From Tubiluchus corallicola (Eukaryota; Animalia; Priapulida): DNA of 48,923 nt. The stretch spans positions 1 to 48,923 of the forward strand of contig JAQGDQ010001297.1 of assembly GCA_030141605.1 (NCBI GenBank), given 5' to 3'. The position numbers and the translations under genes are program-made. The notes under the pieces were generated by a model. The model worked only from the letters and a program-made list of their open reading frames with translations. It was not told the DNA's origin and made no database searches. Shown piece by piece: positions 1 to 13,640 of this stretch (position 1 is its first letter; every line of letters starts with the position of its first letter).

Positions 1-668
1 CTTTCACATTCATGTAAAGGGCGCATTTTCTAACACACCACAGGCAGTTACTGAGCATGGCTTTATATAACTTCCACATAACGAACAGGTGCAGGGTAAT
101 ACACAACAAGCAGTTGCGCAGTTTGCTTGATTGTAAGCATTATGCAAATACATGTAATTAATAACGACTACGTAGAAACCGGGGTTAAAGGAAGACCGGA
201 CGATTGTTTAGACTCAACCTCGTTTTAATTTACTGTCCAAAATATACATTTTCTTGCCAGTAAAACTTGGTATTTGTTTCTTATATTTGAATAATTAGCT
301 TAGAAAGTTATTAACGGCAACTGAACACAGCTATTGCTTACGTCAGAAACTAACCACAGTTTGTGCAATGCAGGCATCTTCCCATGCGCGTCAGGTAGGT
401 TTGAGTAAGTGTTACTGCTTAAATGAGCGATGTCACGAAATGGGCTCTATGTCATATGATGTCGGAAACTAACACTGCAGTTCATGATCATGGTTATCAC
501 AGTACAACCTTCTATTTGTCGGCCACACGAATGTGACAAAAAGGCGCCGTTGCCAATCTTAGTGGATTCACTGAGCTGCGCGTAGCTTTGAAAGTTTAAC
601 AAAATTTGAGTATCCGAGGTAATTATTATTTAATCTAAGCTTTGATTTAAAAAAGCTTATTGTAGTTT
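1..668 (-). repeat. Diverged inverted copy of the interior of the 3509-4459 element (mirror 48256-48923)
   Basis: Aligns by eye to the reverse complement of about 3700-4382 with many substitutions. Confidence 0.88.
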
Positions 669-1016
669 GTACTAGAGAGAAAAGAATTATTTAATAAATG
701 TGAAAAAGGAAAAGTTAAGGTATGTCAGTAAGAACAGGATACCGCTAAAAAACAGTTTGGAGAAAGAGGGTCATGGGAGCAGGTTCACACATCATAGCTT
801 TAGTTTTTTGAGAGGTGATTATATTTTCATTTTTGCAGAAGTGTAATTAGTAATTATAAAATAGTTTGTGTTTATGGAGAGAAATTTTGCATACGTATAG
901 TTATAATAATTTGCAAGGAATACGGGTTACATAAGAATTTTGCTACATAATATGGGTCTGAACTAAGTTCCTTGGCTTACTAACTGACTGACTCACTTAC
1001 TTACTAACTTACTGAC

Positions 1017-1880
1017 TCCTACAAGTATTTCTGCTGTATCAGCTACTGGGGTATTAACAACTGCTGCCACTTCTTTCTTTCAATAGTAGACATTCAAACA
1101 GTCGTTGTCGTCCACTCCTAGTTTCCACACTTCTACTATACAATCTCATAACCACAACTTGTCAAAGCATTTTCCTAAATCTCAGAAAACTACCGTATTT
1201 TCCCGTGTATAAGAGACCCTTGTGTATAAGAGACCCCATCAATTTTTAGGCAAAAATTCTGGAAAAAAGTTTTTTCAGACGGACATTTTTAGAGGGTAAA
1301 GTACAACTTTTTTCAACTCAGTGCGGTACTGAAAACAAAATAAAACCAGTTAATGTGTTGTAGAAAAAGAGTACTGGTATATATTAAAGTGCGTACCTGC
1401 AAACCTGTAACAGGAAAAGAGAAAACGAGGAGATAATGCCTGTGTCACGATGCTTGTATTGCTTACAACCGCTTCATAGTCGAACGCCACACGCAAAACA
1501 GTTGTAGAGCACTTATTTCTTTAAAATCATTAGTGTCACAATTTATGCATCTTATTGAAAAGACTTACTCCCATGTATAAGAGACCCCCTATTTTTAAAG
1601 TGAAAATTCTGAGCAAAAAAGGGTCTCTTATACACGGGAAAATACGGTAAATATATTATCATTATTTATTTATCTGTTGCAATCTAATACTGCTGTAACT
1701 ACGAATAAGTGATCAGACGGACTTCTATTTTTTCTTCCCCCGCACTGTAAATTGCTGATATTATTTTCCATTTTTTGATTTCTCTTAATTAATATGTTTT
1801 CCTGTAATTCACCGATTATGTTCATTAAACACATTCCCCTTCTATTCCTCATTTCCCATTTAGAGACACGCCCATTATAT
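1017..1880 (-). pseudogene. Degraded non-LTR retrotransposon reverse transcriptase fragment, split by a MITE (mirror about 47044-47907 +)
   Basis: QCGGRKNRSPSDHLFVV before the MITE continues after it as VF*DLGKCFDKLWL*DCIVEVWKLGVD...VNTPV. These are RT motifs with in-frame stops. Boundaries approximate. Confidence 0.85.
1193..1647. mobile_element. Tc1/mariner-superfamily (pogo/Tc2-like) MITE
   Basis: Perfect TIRs ccgtattttcccgtgtataagagaccc, TA on both sides, and subterminal tgtataagagaccc repeats. Confidence 0.93.
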
Positions 1881-3508
1881 ATCGATTTAATTGTAATTTT
1901 TTTAGTTATATTAATAGTTACTTACTATTAATGTATCGATCGTCTTTTTTTTGTATTGTGCTTTGGATGGACCATAGGTTTGGGCCGATGATGAAAAGTC
2001 TCCTATTGTAACATTCGTTAGATTACATAGTTACTCAGCATTGGAACAAATGTTGCGAATGACTATTTATATGAGTTGAAGTTTAAAAAAGGATCATGTC
2101 TGGCAAAACCTTTAATGTGGCAGTTGTTACACGCTACAATTATATCGGTAACCAGACAAATGCGTGCATAATAAAGTAGTATTTATTAAACTAATTAGGA
2201 ACTTAAACAAAGAAGATCAGAACAGCAAGAGTCTAGAATGCAGAACACTCCTAAGCAATCACCAAGATCTTTGATCTACACAAACCATATCTATGGTATT
2301 GTTACAGCAGTGTCTTAGTGAAAATTTAAAAACGTTTTCTCTGAAATTTCATGTTTGCTTTTGAAGCAAAATGAAAACTTGATGAGAATATTTTGCTGAA
2401 CTTTAGTGTTGCAGTATGAATCAGTTAAGCACACTTACACTGACACATGTAATGTTTGTTTTGATGTGATTCTGAAATTTGTTCAAAATTCAAAATATTT
2501 CAGAAAAACAGACGTTTTTGACGCAAGTGAAATAAAGTAATTATAATAATAATAATAATTATCAGTATCTTGATTTTCATGAGGCTGTGGAATTTGGAAC
2601 TTGCATTATGTTGCCACCTATCCATCGTCGTCCATCCGCAATTTGTGTTTTCCAGTTTAAACTAGTTATACCTGAATCACTTCGGGTAGGCCTGAGATTT
2701 TCGATAACAGAAACTTTGCGACAAGATAAAGATCAACGTCAAATGTCAAAGGTCATCCCAGGGACGTATCCAGAACTGGAGTAAATAGTAGAAACGTCAA
2801 TATTAGCTGTTCATTAATGATGGACAGGTGGATGCGAGTCAGTTCAATGCGAGGAATTAGTGTGACCTGTTATCTACTGACAATTCAACGTAGACCAAAA
2901 TGATTTTACCCTCATGCAAAGGAGGGGGGATGGAGGATTCAGAATGGTGGGCATAGTAGGAGAATTTGTCAGCTCAGTAGGAAGAAGTAGAGTGATCTGT
3001 CACTTACTGATAATCCAGAATTGACAGAATTTTTTTACTTTCCCTGTGAAGCGGCTTATCCAAGGTTTCAATTTACCAAATACGACTCAAACTGGCCAAA
3101 GGTGATTTTTGAATCCCAAAGCTCAGTGTGAGGTATTAGAGTAGCCTGCCATTTCCCGGGTTTCAATACCCCACACAACCAGACATTGACAAATATATTT
3201 GACTGCCTCCTCTAGGAACGGCAGGTCCAGCTGTGTCGCTTATTCTTCATCTCAGCCTTTCCGGAGCAGTTTAAGAAAATATTATCAGTTCTTGTGTTTT
3301 TGGTGATAAAAAGCTGCATCATGCATTTGGAAGCCATCAGTATGGCTACAAGGAGAAATCTTCTCGTTTGTCCTACCCTCGTTACTCGGAAGATGGGTGA
3401 TGATTGGGTTAACGGGGGTTAATCTTATGAAGTTCTAGGCAAAAATTCATTGGACTCTCGAGACTGCAGGGAGGTCCAAGATATTAGTCTGCTGTTCTGC
3501 AAGATAGG

Positions 3509-4459
3509 CAGGGGCGTAACAAGACTTTACGACGCCCTAGGCTGATAGTTCTGTTCCACCTATCTGTATTGTGAATTTATGGTTTTTATGTAATGAGCAG
3601 ATTAAACAGTTACTTGTGGTGTTTTAGAAATGCTATTAAAGGAAAACTGGATGATTGGGTAAACATGAGTTCAGAATGAAGAATGCTGTAAAATATTGAA
3701 AACTACAGAAGCTTTCTTTAAATCAAAGCTTAGATTAAATAATGATTATCTTGGATACTCAAATTTTGTTAAACGTTCAAAGTTAAGCGCGGCTCAGTGA
3801 ATCTACTAAGATTTGCAGTGGCGCCTTTTTGTCACTTTCGCGTGGCCGACAAATAGAAGGCGGTACCACGATAAGCATGATCATGAAGCATAGTGTTAGT
3901 TTCTGACGTCATATGATGTAAAGCCCATTTTTCGTGACATCATGCGTTTAAACAGTACTGTAACACTTATGCAAATGTGCTTGATGCGCAAGGGATGACA
4001 CCTGCCATTGTATGAACTGTGGTTAGTTTCTGACGTAAGCTGTACCTGTGTTCGGTTGCCGTTAATTAACTTGCTGAGCTAATTATTCAAATATAAGAAA
4101 CAATTGCTAACTTTTGTAGGCAAGAAAATGTATATTTTGGACAGTAAATTAAAATGAGATGAGTCTAAACAATCGTCCGGTCTTCCTTTAACCCGGTTTC
4201 TACATGGTCATTATAATTACATGTGTGTGCTTAGTACTTACATTTTTTTGAAGCTCGGCAACTGCTAGTTGTGTATTGTAAAATACTTTGCACCTTTTTA
4301 TTATGTGGCGTTTATATAGAAGCCATGCTCAGTAACTGCCTGTGGTGTGGTATAAAATGTGCCTTTTACATGAATATGAAAGCATGCGCATGTAACTTCC
4401 CTCAAAACTTTGGTGCCCTAGGCTGTAGGTTAGTTAGCTTATTGGTTAATACACCCCTG
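3509..4459. mobile_element. hAT-like non-autonomous element (mirror 44465-45415)
   Basis: Termini caggggcgta / tacacccctg, flanked by a degenerate 8-bp TSD aagatagg / gagataag. gccctaggctg motif near both ends. Confidence 0.7.
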
Positions 4460-4993
4460 GAGATAAGAATGCATGACACTTGTGAAATGAAGAAAAAGAA
4501 TAGTAAAATTATAGCATAAATTATTTCCTCTTTTTTTTAGCTTTCTAGAATATACTAAGAGACATTTAAAAAGTTTAGTGATGATACATCGTATACCTGG
4601 TGAACAGGTGGGATGAGTAACAAAACTTGGAAAAACTACTACAGATGCTCGTGAAATATCTGACAATCATTGTTTTGTTTACGTAAATTCTGAATCTTCA
4701 ATGTTATTTGCCTGTAATAGTTATTTATTTTTCAGAAATACTAAAGAAATACTAAAGTTTTGTCAACTCGAGGAAGCTGTGACATAAACAAGGTTTCCAA
4801 CTGTGAACCAGTTGTGAACGATTTGATTTGTCTAAGAATGGGGTAGATGATCATATAAAGACTGTTCATGATGAGCAGATTGTTGCTGGCATTTATACTA
4901 ATAAGCAAAATATCAGGTCAGTATAAACTGTGTAGAATTGGGATAATCATCCATCTTCTTTTTTTTGTTTTGTATCTGTGTAGTATTACTGTA

Positions 4994-6129
4994 CAGTAAA
5001 CTACGTATGACTCGAACACCTCGGGACTAGAAAATTTGTTCGAGTTACGCGCGGGGTGCGAGTTGGACAATGTTCGTAAGAAAACGAGATTGAGTCGTTT
5101 ATCAACGTCGGATAATACGCTAGTAACGGATTTCAACGTGTGCCAATGATGAACTAAGCCTTTATTCAAATATCAAACATCACATTTTTATGAATTATCA
5201 AAACTATAATGCGTGGTCCACCTCTGTTGCAGTATGAGTATCATGGATAATAGAATTCAGCAATTTTAACATTGTGATCTACATGAAATCACGTTCTTCG
5301 TTAAGACATGTTGCGTGCGGCATTCTGTTAAGGTAATATGGGAAATCTTAGAATTTTTGTTGAAACTAGCAGTTAAAGTTTCGTGTAGAACTTCTCGCTT
5401 GTTCGGAGGTTGTTCGAGATAAGCGAGGTAATTTCAGTCAGATTCTTAAAAATTGTGCAGGGATGAGAATTTTTCCCAGATACGTGGAATTCCGAATTTT
5501 TGGAAGACCAGTAGTGCCATTTTTGTAAATCGCGTAAATTCGTTGAGGAAATTTTTACGGACCCAGTACATTATTTCACAAACTGACCGCTAGTTGGCAG
5601 GCCGTCACTTTGTTTACATCACGTACATCAGTGTAACCACATGTATATCTCTATGTATAAAAATATAGAATCAATTGTCCAGAGTTATTTCAGTCAATTG
5701 CAGACAGTTTTTATATACTTTTGCATAGGAGCGGCCAGTACTTACGCGTTTTTGACACAATTAGGTATCATGTATCCTTGATAGTTGGGTATTTTAAATT
5801 ATGAATGAAACAAGGTAATTGATATTTTTAGTCCACTTAGAGGCTCTCTATGGTCACAAAATTGCAATTTGTTACTGGCTTCAAGGGGTTTTTGCCCCTC
5901 AGCCCCATTGGGAGCCTAAGCGGCCCTAAACCCCCCGACCTGTTTAAGAGTTTTTTGCAATTTGTCATTCTCATCCCTGATTGTGCCGGGAATTTGGTTC
6001 GCATTACAGATTTCGAGTTACAGGATGTTTGTTAAAGGGAAAAATGAACGGGGAAATCTGTTCCCTGAGGTCTGTTCGAGATACACAAGAATTCGAGTTG
6101 TACCAACTTGAGTTGTATGTAGTTTACTG
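4994..6129. mobile_element. pogo/Tigger-like MITE carrying a nested insertion (mirror 42795-43930)
   Basis: ta|cagtaaactacgtatgactcga ... ttgagttgtatgtagtttactg TIRs and repeated ttcgag motifs. The right TA is mutated. Confidence 0.8.
5458..5979. mobile_element. Nested hAT-like element with 6-bp TSD (mirror 42945-43466)
   Basis: Perfect 13-bp TIR cagggatgagaat / attctcatccctg, flanked by attgtg on both sides. Confidence 0.85.
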
Positions 6130-6151
6130 AACTTTATTATTATGATGTATA

Positions 6152-6567
6152 CAGTGTTCCCTCACTTATTGCGGGTGTTCCGTTCCAGGCCCACCCGCGA
6201 TAAGTGAATTTCCACGAAGTAGGGACGCTATACTTATTTTAGTAGTTATACATTATTTTACATTCCATCAATCAACCAATCGTGTGTTGTGTACAATCTC
6301 AAGCGGGCGCAAGTACTACATTTCGTTTTTGGTGTGTATTCATCCGCCGAATAAATACACTATTTACTGTAAATGGTAATTTTTTATAATTTATAATATT
6401 TTCTGCAAAATTCATCAAATCTATACATTACTGTACAATATGTACTACGCATGTGCAAAAATACTTTAGGCGGAGTACCGCGATAAATATTTTACATTAA
6501 TATTTTTGAAAACCCGCGAAACAATGAGTCCGCGATAAACGAATCGCGAAGTAGCGAGGAAACACTG
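6152..6567. mobile_element. pogo/Tigger-like MITE (mirror 42357-42772)
   Basis: ta|cagtgttccctcacttattgcg ... cgcgaagtagcgaggaaacactg|ta, with subterminal ccgcga motifs. Confidence 0.88.
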
Positions 6568-7906
6568 TATACTGGTTTATAAGCCCCGACCTTGCATTTG
6601 TATCATTTTTCTTTACGTGAGGCAACCCTTTTGTACAACCAGCTGTGATATTAGAAAAATGTTACAGTAGTGGCAGCCTCATTTCACACATTTGTTTGTT
6701 TTATTTATCTAGAGTTTGTTTATTTATTTATTTATTTATTATATGATAAACTAAACTTGTGCAGCTTAGAAAACATAGATTGGTTTATGCAACTGAATAA
6801 CATAAATTTTCAAATTGTACGAATGTTTTTACCTCTTTTGCCCCTTGCCCCGCTCTCAATGTAATACATAAGCCAGTGAACAAGTACCGTACCATTTTTG
6901 TGTTATCACATGAATTACAATTTAATTTATTTTTTTTATCTTTATTTATTTATTAAATATATCCACAACGATCATTACAGCATTGTACATCAAAGTATTT
7001 AATAACATATTTATTATTATGTACACAAGATGCCAAGCCGCAAATGACCCGTGGGGTACTCAGTAAGTGATTACTTGTTTAGAGCACTCCAAATGAATGT
7101 GGACTGAGTGTAATAGAAAAGAGCAGTAAATGAGTAGAAGGAAAGGTTAATAGAGAATAGAAAGAGGAGAAATATGTGATGGTATCAAGAGCAGTAAAGG
7201 AGTAGAAAGAAAGGTTAATAAAGAATAGAAAGAAAGAGAAAGATGTGATGGTATCTGTATCTGTATGCTTGTATGAATTGTAGGCTTTGCATTAGTTTTT
7301 TTTGTCTGTTCTCGTGATGCTGCATGCACAAGCATACGTTCATTGCACTGCTACCCATAATGTGATATATGTGTGTGTGTGTGTGGGGTATATGTATATA
7401 GGTCCTATATGCTCAACAGCGGATAGAAACATGTCGCATGTCGGCAGCATAATAGAGCCAGCTCAAGGTCGGTGCTGTTCAAAACATTGCTGCAGGGCAC
7501 ACACACCATACTGTGCAACATGAATGCTTATGGCAAGCAAAACACCTAAAACTTGCACTTTCACACAAAACTGTCAGGCTGGCGAACATGTTACGTCTTT
7601 GTTCATTGGAGCTAAATGTGCGACTGTCTGGAGATTTGTGTCTTGTGTCTGCTCGAACTTGCTGTTGTTTTCATGTCATAATTAATGCTGTTTGGAGATG
7701 GTATAATATATTTGTAGTGCAAAATGTAAGTGTGGAGTTGTACAAACAAATCAAACACGACAGACTGTCACATCAGCTTTTTAATTATTGGCAGGTGATA
7801 GTGTTTTTTCTAAACTGTTGCGTCATTTTATTGTTTACAAAAATATTTGCTAATGGACTCATGCAGGTGTGTAATAACTAATTCATGTTAAGAAAGTATT
7901 GAAAGT

Positions 7907-8592
7907 AGTGAGATGTTTTTAATGTATGTGAAAATGCCTAGTTCCTCATGCTAGTCTTCTTCCTCTGATTTACAAATAGACTACCAGAGCTTACATGGAG
8001 TATTAGTGAGATGTCTTTAATGTACGTGAAAATGCCTAGTACCTTATGCTAGTCTTCGTCCTCTGACTTACAAATTGACTACCAGAGCTTACATGGAGTA
8101 TTAGTGTGATGTCTTTAATGTATGTGAAAATGCCTAGTTCCTCATGCTAGTCTTCCTCCTCTGATTTACAAATAGACTACCAGAGCTTACATGGAGTATT
8201 AGTGAGATGTCTTTAATGTACGTGAAAATGCCTAGCTCCTTATGCTAGTCTTCCTCCTCTGACTTACAAATCGACTACCAGAGCTCACATGGAGTATTAG
8301 TGAGATGTCTTTAATGTACGTGAAAATGCCTAGCTCTTCATGCTAGTCTTCCTCCTCTGACTTAAATCGACTACCAGAGCTTACATGAAGTATTAGTGAG
8401 ATGTCTTTAATGTATGTGAAAATGCCTAGCTCTTCATGCTAGTCTTCCTCCTCTGACTTACATAGCTCGACTACCAGAGCTTACATGGAGTATTAGTGAG
8501 ATGTCCTTAGTGTACGTGAAAATGCCTAGCTCCTCATGCTAGTCTTCCTCCCCTGACTTACAAATCGACTACCAGAGCTTACATGGAGTATT
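7907..8592. repeat. Tandem array, about 98-bp unit x7
   Basis: agtgagatgt (or a variant) recurs at 7907, 8005, 8103, 8201, 8299, 8395 and 8495. Confidence 0.96.
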
Positions 8593-9307
8593 TCAGCCAG
8601 TGCCACATCCTTTCTTAACTCATTAGACAGATTGCAAAACTGTGTTGTCTCTCTCTTATTAAGTCTAGTATTTTTTACTTCACTGAATGTCTAGTTTTAT
8701 GTAAGCTTGATTACATTGTGGATTTTCTTTGATATTTAATTTATCTGCCAAAACTTTGAAAGAAATTGACATCCCAAAACCCTTGCCAAGAGTTGCTGTT
8801 TTTGATGATGTTGATTATTATCAGCTTATTTTGATCAAGGATTAAGAACATGAGCAAGGGATTCATACAAAAATACACTCAAATGGCATTTTAGCATGAG
8901 GAATACGTTGTGCGTCATCCGCCAGTGGAATAGCAGTGGAATAAATGTCAATATGAAATAGCTACAGGAAAAAATAACGCATAACGCAGGTCAGATGAAC
9001 AGGTGCATTGAAAACAATATAAATCGCTTTTATCTATTCCGCACCCCCATAATGCATACGCATTCCGGATGCTACATAAACGCCACTTGACCAAGTGTTA
9101 ATACTAAGAACTTGTAATAAGTGTAATAAGACCAGTACTGAATTTTGTATTTTTTCAAAATTTTTTCTTCTTGTACGTTAACGAGCTCAGTCAGCTCCAC
9201 CCACTCTGTGCATGTTGTACCTGCATTAACTGTCATATTGGTCATTTGATGTCGTTATTCGGGTCTTTTAAATTGAACTAAATTAACATTTGATTAAAAC
9301 CTTCCCT

Positions 9308-9858
9308 GGTTTTTATGGCACACCACATTTGAAGGTACACTGGTACACTTTTCTAAAAAGTACTATTTTGGAAGCCATGTTGACCATGCTAGTTTTCATG
9401 GTACATCACATTTGGAGGTACGCTGGTACACTTTTCTAAAAAGTGATATTTTGGAAGCCATGTTGACCATGCTAGTTTTTATGGTACACCACATTTGGAG
9501 GTACGCTGGTACACTCTTCTAAAAAGTGCTGTTTTGGCAGCCATGCTGGGCGTGCTGAGCCACGCTAGTTTTTATGGTACACCACATTTGGAGGTACGCT
9601 GGTACACTCTTCTAAAAAGTGCTGTTTGGCAGCCATGCTGGACGTGCTGGGCCACGCTAGTTTTTTTTTGGTACACCACATTTGAAGGTACGCTGGTACA
9701 CTCTTCTAAAAAGTGCTATTTTGGAAGCCATGTTGGTCACCCTAGTTTTTATGGTACACCACATTTGAAGGTACACTGGTACACTTTTCTAAAAAGTGCT
9801 ATTTTGGAAGCCATGTTGACCATGCTAGTTTTTATGGTACACCACATTTGGAGGTACG
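9308..9858. repeat. Tandem array, 83-bp unit (93-94-bp variants) x about 6.5
   Basis: catttg recurs at 9326, 9409, 9492, 9585, 9679, 9762 and 9845. Confidence 0.96.
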
Positions 9859-10097
9859 TGGGCGTGCGTAATCGACAGACTGGCAAATTTTCTTCTTCTT
9901 ATACATCAGTGTTAATCATTAAAAGGTGTTATTTCCTTGGATACTGATGCATTATCATGATTACTGTTCAACTTTATTTGCACTGCTGTTTGTGAAGATG
10001 CAATTTTTGTAGAAGCCTTTGGGCATTTTATCACTCAATGTTACTGGTTTTCCATGTCTTGTTTGTCAGAATTGATTGTAGTGCGACTCGTGACGAG

Positions 10098-12870
10098 TGT
10101 TTGTCCGTAAAGAGTCTTCTAGATACATAGGTTCTTCAATTTATATAATAATCTATACGTAGGTTCTTCAATTTATATAATAATCTAGTGTTTGTCCGTA
10201 AAGTGCGTTATAGAGTCTTCTAGATACGTAGGTTCTTCAATTTATATAATAATCTAGTGTTTGTCCGTAAAGTGCGTTATAGAGTCTTCTAGATACGTAG
10301 GTTCTTCAATTTATATAATAATCTAGTGTTTGTCCGTAAAGTGCGTTATAGAGTCTTCTAGATACGTAGGTTCTTAAATTTACATCATAATATAGAGTCT
10401 TCTAGATACGTAGGTTCTTAAATTTACATGATATAGAGTCTTCTAGATACGTAGGTTCTTCAATTTACATAATATAAGTCTTCTAGATACGTAGGTTCTT
10501 AAATTTACATGATATAGAGTCTTCTAGATACGTAGGTTCTTCAATTTACATAATAATCTGATGTGTTATAGAGTCTTCTAGATACATAGGTTCTTCAATA
10601 TAATATAGAGTCTTGTAGATACATAGGTTCTTAAATTTACATGATATAGACTTCTAGATACGTAGGTTCTTCAATTACATATATAGAGTCTTCTAGATAC
10701 GTGGTTCTTCAATTTACATAATATAGAGTCTTCTAGATCGTAGGTTCTTAAATTTACATGATAATCTAAGTTCTTCTAGATACGTAGGTTCTTAAATTTA
10801 CATAATATAGAGTCTTCTAGATACGTAGGTTCTTAAATTTACATGATATAGAGTCTTCTAGATACGTAGGTTCTTAAATTGACATCTAAAGTCTTCTAGA
10901 TACGTAGGTTCTTAAATTTACATAATATAGAGTCTTCTAGATATGTAGGTTCTTAAATTTACATGATATAGAGTCTTCTAGATACGTAGGTTCTTAAATT
11001 TACATGATATAGAGTCTTCTAGATACGTAGGTTCTTCAATTTACATAATACAGTCTTCTAGATACGTAGGTTCTTAAATTTACATGATATAGAGTCTTCT
11101 AGATATGTAGGTTCTTCAATTTACATAATAATCTGATGTGTTATAGAGTCTTCTAGATACATAGGTTCTTCAATTTACATAATATAGAGTCTTGTAGATA
11201 CATAGGTTCTTAAATTTACATGATATAGAGTCTTCTAGATACGTAGGTTCTTCAATTTACATAATATAGAGTCTTCTAGATACGTAGTGTCTTCAATTTA
11301 CATAATATAGAGTCTTCTAGATACGTAGGTTCTTAAATTTACATGATAATCTAAAGTTCTTCTAGATACGTAGGTTCTTAAATTTACATAATATAGAGTC
11401 TTCTAGATACGTAGGTTCTTAAATTTACATGATATAGAGTCTTCTAGATACGTAGGTTCTTAAATTGACATGATAATCTAAAGTTCTTCTAGATACGTAG
11501 GTTCTTAAATTTACATAATATAGAGTCTTCTAGATATGTAGGTTCTTAAATTTACATGATATAGAGTCTTCTAGATACGTAGGTTCTTAAATTTACATGA
11601 TATAGAGTCTTCTAGATACGTAGGTTCTTCAATTTACATAATACAGTCTTCTAGATACGTAGGTTCTTAAATTTACATGATATAGAGTCTTCTAGATATG
11701 TAGGTTCTTCAATTTACATAATAATCTGATGTGTTATAGAGTCTTCTAGATACATAGGTTCTTCAATTTACATAATATAGAGTCTTGTAGATACATAGGT
11801 TCTTAAATTTACATGATATAGAGTCTTCTAGATACGTAGGTTCTTCATATAGAGTCTTCTAGATACGTAGGTTCTTAAATTTACATAATATAGAGTCTTC
11901 TAGATACGTAGTGTCTTCAATTTACATAATATAGAGTCTTCTAGATACGTAGGTTCTTAAATTGACATGATAATCTAAAGTTCTTCTAGATACGTAGGTT
12001 CTTAAATTTACATAATATAGAGTCTTCTAGATATGTAGGTTCTTAAATTTACATGATATAGAGTCTTCTAGATACGTAGGTTCTTCAATTTACATAATAT
12101 AGAGTCTTGTAGATACATAGGTTCTTAAATTTACATGATATAGAGTCTTCTAGATACGTAGGTTCTTCAATTTACATAATATAGAGTCTTCTAGATACGT
12201 AGTGTCTTCAATTTACATAATATAGAGTCTTCTAGATACGTAGGTTCTTAAATTGACATGATAATCTAAAGTTCTTCTAGATACGTAGGTTCTTAAATTT
12301 ACATAATATAGAGTCTTCTAGATACGTAGGTTCTTAAATTTACATGTTATAGAGTCTTCTAGATACGTAGGTTCTTAAATTTACATAATAGTGTTTGTCC
12401 GTAAAGTGCGTTATACAGTCTTCTAGATACGTAGGTTCTTAAATTTACATGATAATCTAAAGTTCTTCTAGATACGTAGGTTCTTAAATTTACATAATAT
12501 AGAGTCTTCTAGATACGTAGGTTCTTAAATTTACATGATATAGAGTCTTCTAGATACGTAGGTTCTTCAATTTACATAATACAGTCTTCTAGATACGTAG
12601 GTTCTTAAATTTACATGATATAGAGTCTTCTAGATACGTAGGTTCTTCAATTTACATGATATAGAGTCTTCTAGATACGTAGGTTCTTCAATTTACATAA
12701 TATAGAGTCTTGTAGATACGTAGGTTCTTCAATTTACATGATATAGAGTCTTCTAGATACGTAGGTTCTTCAATTTATATAATAAGTCTTCTAGATACGT
12801 AGGTTCTTCAATTTACATAATACAGTCTTCTAGATACGTAGGTTCTTCAATTTATATAATATCTGATGTT
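10098..12870. repeat. Minisatellite, 41-bp unit with 69-bp long variant, roughly 60 copies
   Basis: Unit agagtcttctagatacgtaggttcttaaatttacatgatat. Long units with gtgtttgtccgtaaagtgcg at 10191, 10260 and 10329. Confidence 0.97.
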
Positions 12871-13198
12871 TTTCTGTTTTAAATAGTTTAACTTGCAGTG
12901 TTATCCTAGCTGAAATGTTACCGTATTAGATGAAGTTGTTTGTTATTAAATAATTATGCATTAGTTATTGTGACACCTTTCTGGAGTTTGGATTAACATC
13001 TCATATATTATTTTCAAAGAGTAAAAAGTTATTTTAAATTCAAGGTGTATTTTTTAATTGAAGTAATAAATTTTGTTTGTTAAAAACAGGTTGCGTTCTT
13101 TATTACACATATAATTTTTTTTCTAACGTATTGCAAATATTACTGCAACTGTTATTGATTTTTGACACAATATTCTTTCTGCTATTTTTATGCATCTT

Positions 13199-13293
13199 TA
13201 TTATTAGTATTATTGTTGTTGTTGTTGCTATTGTTGCTGTTGCTGCTGCTGCTGCTGTTGTTGTTGCTGTTGTTATTATTCTTATTATTGTTG

Positions 13294-13359
<66 letters not shown>

Positions 13360-13360
13360 C

Positions 13361-13422
<62 letters not shown>

Positions 13423-13485
13423 TAGTAGTAGTAGTAGTAGTATTAGTAATGCAGTAGTAGTAGTAGTAGTAGTAGTAGTAGAAGC

Positions 13486-13556
<71 letters not shown>

Positions 13557-13594
13557 TTATTATTATTATTAGTAGTAGTAGTAGTAGTAGTAGC

Positions 13595-13639
<45 letters not shown>

Positions 13640-13640
13640 T
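13199..13640. repeat. Compound trinucleotide microsatellite (ATT/GTT/GCT/AGT)
   Basis: Directly visible. It is the source of the poly-L/V/S/I ORFs. Confidence 0.97.

Noticed and set aside
9495-9947. 150-aa repetitive ORF
   Set aside because: Chance open frame across the 83-bp array. The unit is not a multiple of three and shows no recognisable domain.
10098-12870. CRISPR-like array of partly palindromic ~40-bp repeats
   Set aside because: Units are head-to-tail with no unique spacers, there are no cas genes, and the context is a eukaryotic intron.
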